Source: Podarcis tiliguerta (lineage: Eukaryota). Taken from it: a stretch of DNA of 64,000 nt. The position numbers were made by a program, and so were the translations under genes. The first letter of the stretch is position 1, and every line of letters starts with the position of its first letter. The stretch lies in assembly GCA_965153285.1 (NCBI GenBank), contig OZ229111.1. One strand, 5' to 3'. Under the pieces are notes generated by a model, which saw nothing but the letters and a program-made list of their open reading frames with translations, was not told where the DNA came from and ran no database searches. This document shows, in pieces, positions 63,501 through 64,000 of the stretch.

Positions 63501-64000
63501 TTCTGGACCAATTTGACACTGGGTAGTCATTTTTATGACTTCCCATGTAGAAGCTGAGGTAGTACATTCAAGTGAGTGGGCTGTACATCCTTAATAGCTG
63601 AACATTTGAATTGGCCCTTGGGGGATCCTGGTTAATGACAAGTTAGGGACAGACCAGCGACTCCGTGGAAGGATTGCATTGGGCTCGACAGAGCAGTGAA
63701 CTGTAGCCTGTTGATCTGATAAGAAACTGGTGTTGACCACTTTTATAATACAAAAGCAGCTTTTGACCCACTGGAAGAATTGAGATAGAAAAAATAGCTA
63801 TTCTTGCCCTCTTCACCTTTAATTTTCTACCTCCTTCCATCCATGTAATAGAATAGGTCCCTTTTTTGTCGAGGGAGAGGTAACTGCAGCGGCAGAGATG
63901 AAGTTTGTTTTCAGGCTGGTAGGATGGTTTTAAGTCTGTTTGGATTTCTTGCCATTTGTGAGCTGCCTTTAAGTCAGGTGTGATACACCTTTGGCCCTTC

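Larger units (their letters stand above)
12966..64000 (+). other. PPARGC1B: PPARGC1B intron 1 (continues beyond the window)
   Basis: Begins at a GT donor. No sequence resembling exon 2 (recalled ...DFPELDLSQLDASDFD...) was found downstream. Intron 1 is very long in other amniotes. Confidence 0.85.

Noticed and set aside
1-64000. CRISPR arrays, operons or other prokaryote-type systems
   Set aside because: Eukaryotic intron-containing locus; no regularly spaced repeat-spacer array or long intact ORFs.

Overview
Vertebrate nuclear DNA from a squamate reptile, most likely a lacertid lizard (inferred from the Sauria/POM-type SINE, Squam2- and Squam3-type SINEs and a Bov-B fragment). The window holds about 12.8 kb of repeat-rich upstream sequence, the CpG-island promoter and first coding exon of PPARGC1B (PGC-1beta; ATG at 12882, [28 protein letters not shown], phase-0 donor after 12965) and the first ~51 kb of its long intron 1. 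I did not find exon 2 in the window. There is a 132-N assembly gap. Nearly all ORFs in the supplied track are non-coding noise or transposon remnants. I see no new multi-gene system. The best leads concern hidden PPARGC1B isoform and translation control: (i) a candidate alternative first exon at 57513-57560 (MTLPLLACVASSSVRK|GTGAGT, phase 0) in a CpG-retaining patch behind a TATA-like box; (ii) a candidate 75-nt in-frame cassette exon at 52555-52629 that would add an LxxLL nuclear-receptor box; (iii) an out-of-frame upstream ATG whose ORF overlaps the main start; (iv) an intronic ERRE/E-box/DR1 motif cluster; (v) a ~290-bp fold-back element and a 93-bp octamer-containing duplication. All of these are sequence-only predictions. 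Repeat family names and comparisons with human come from recall and need database confirmation.
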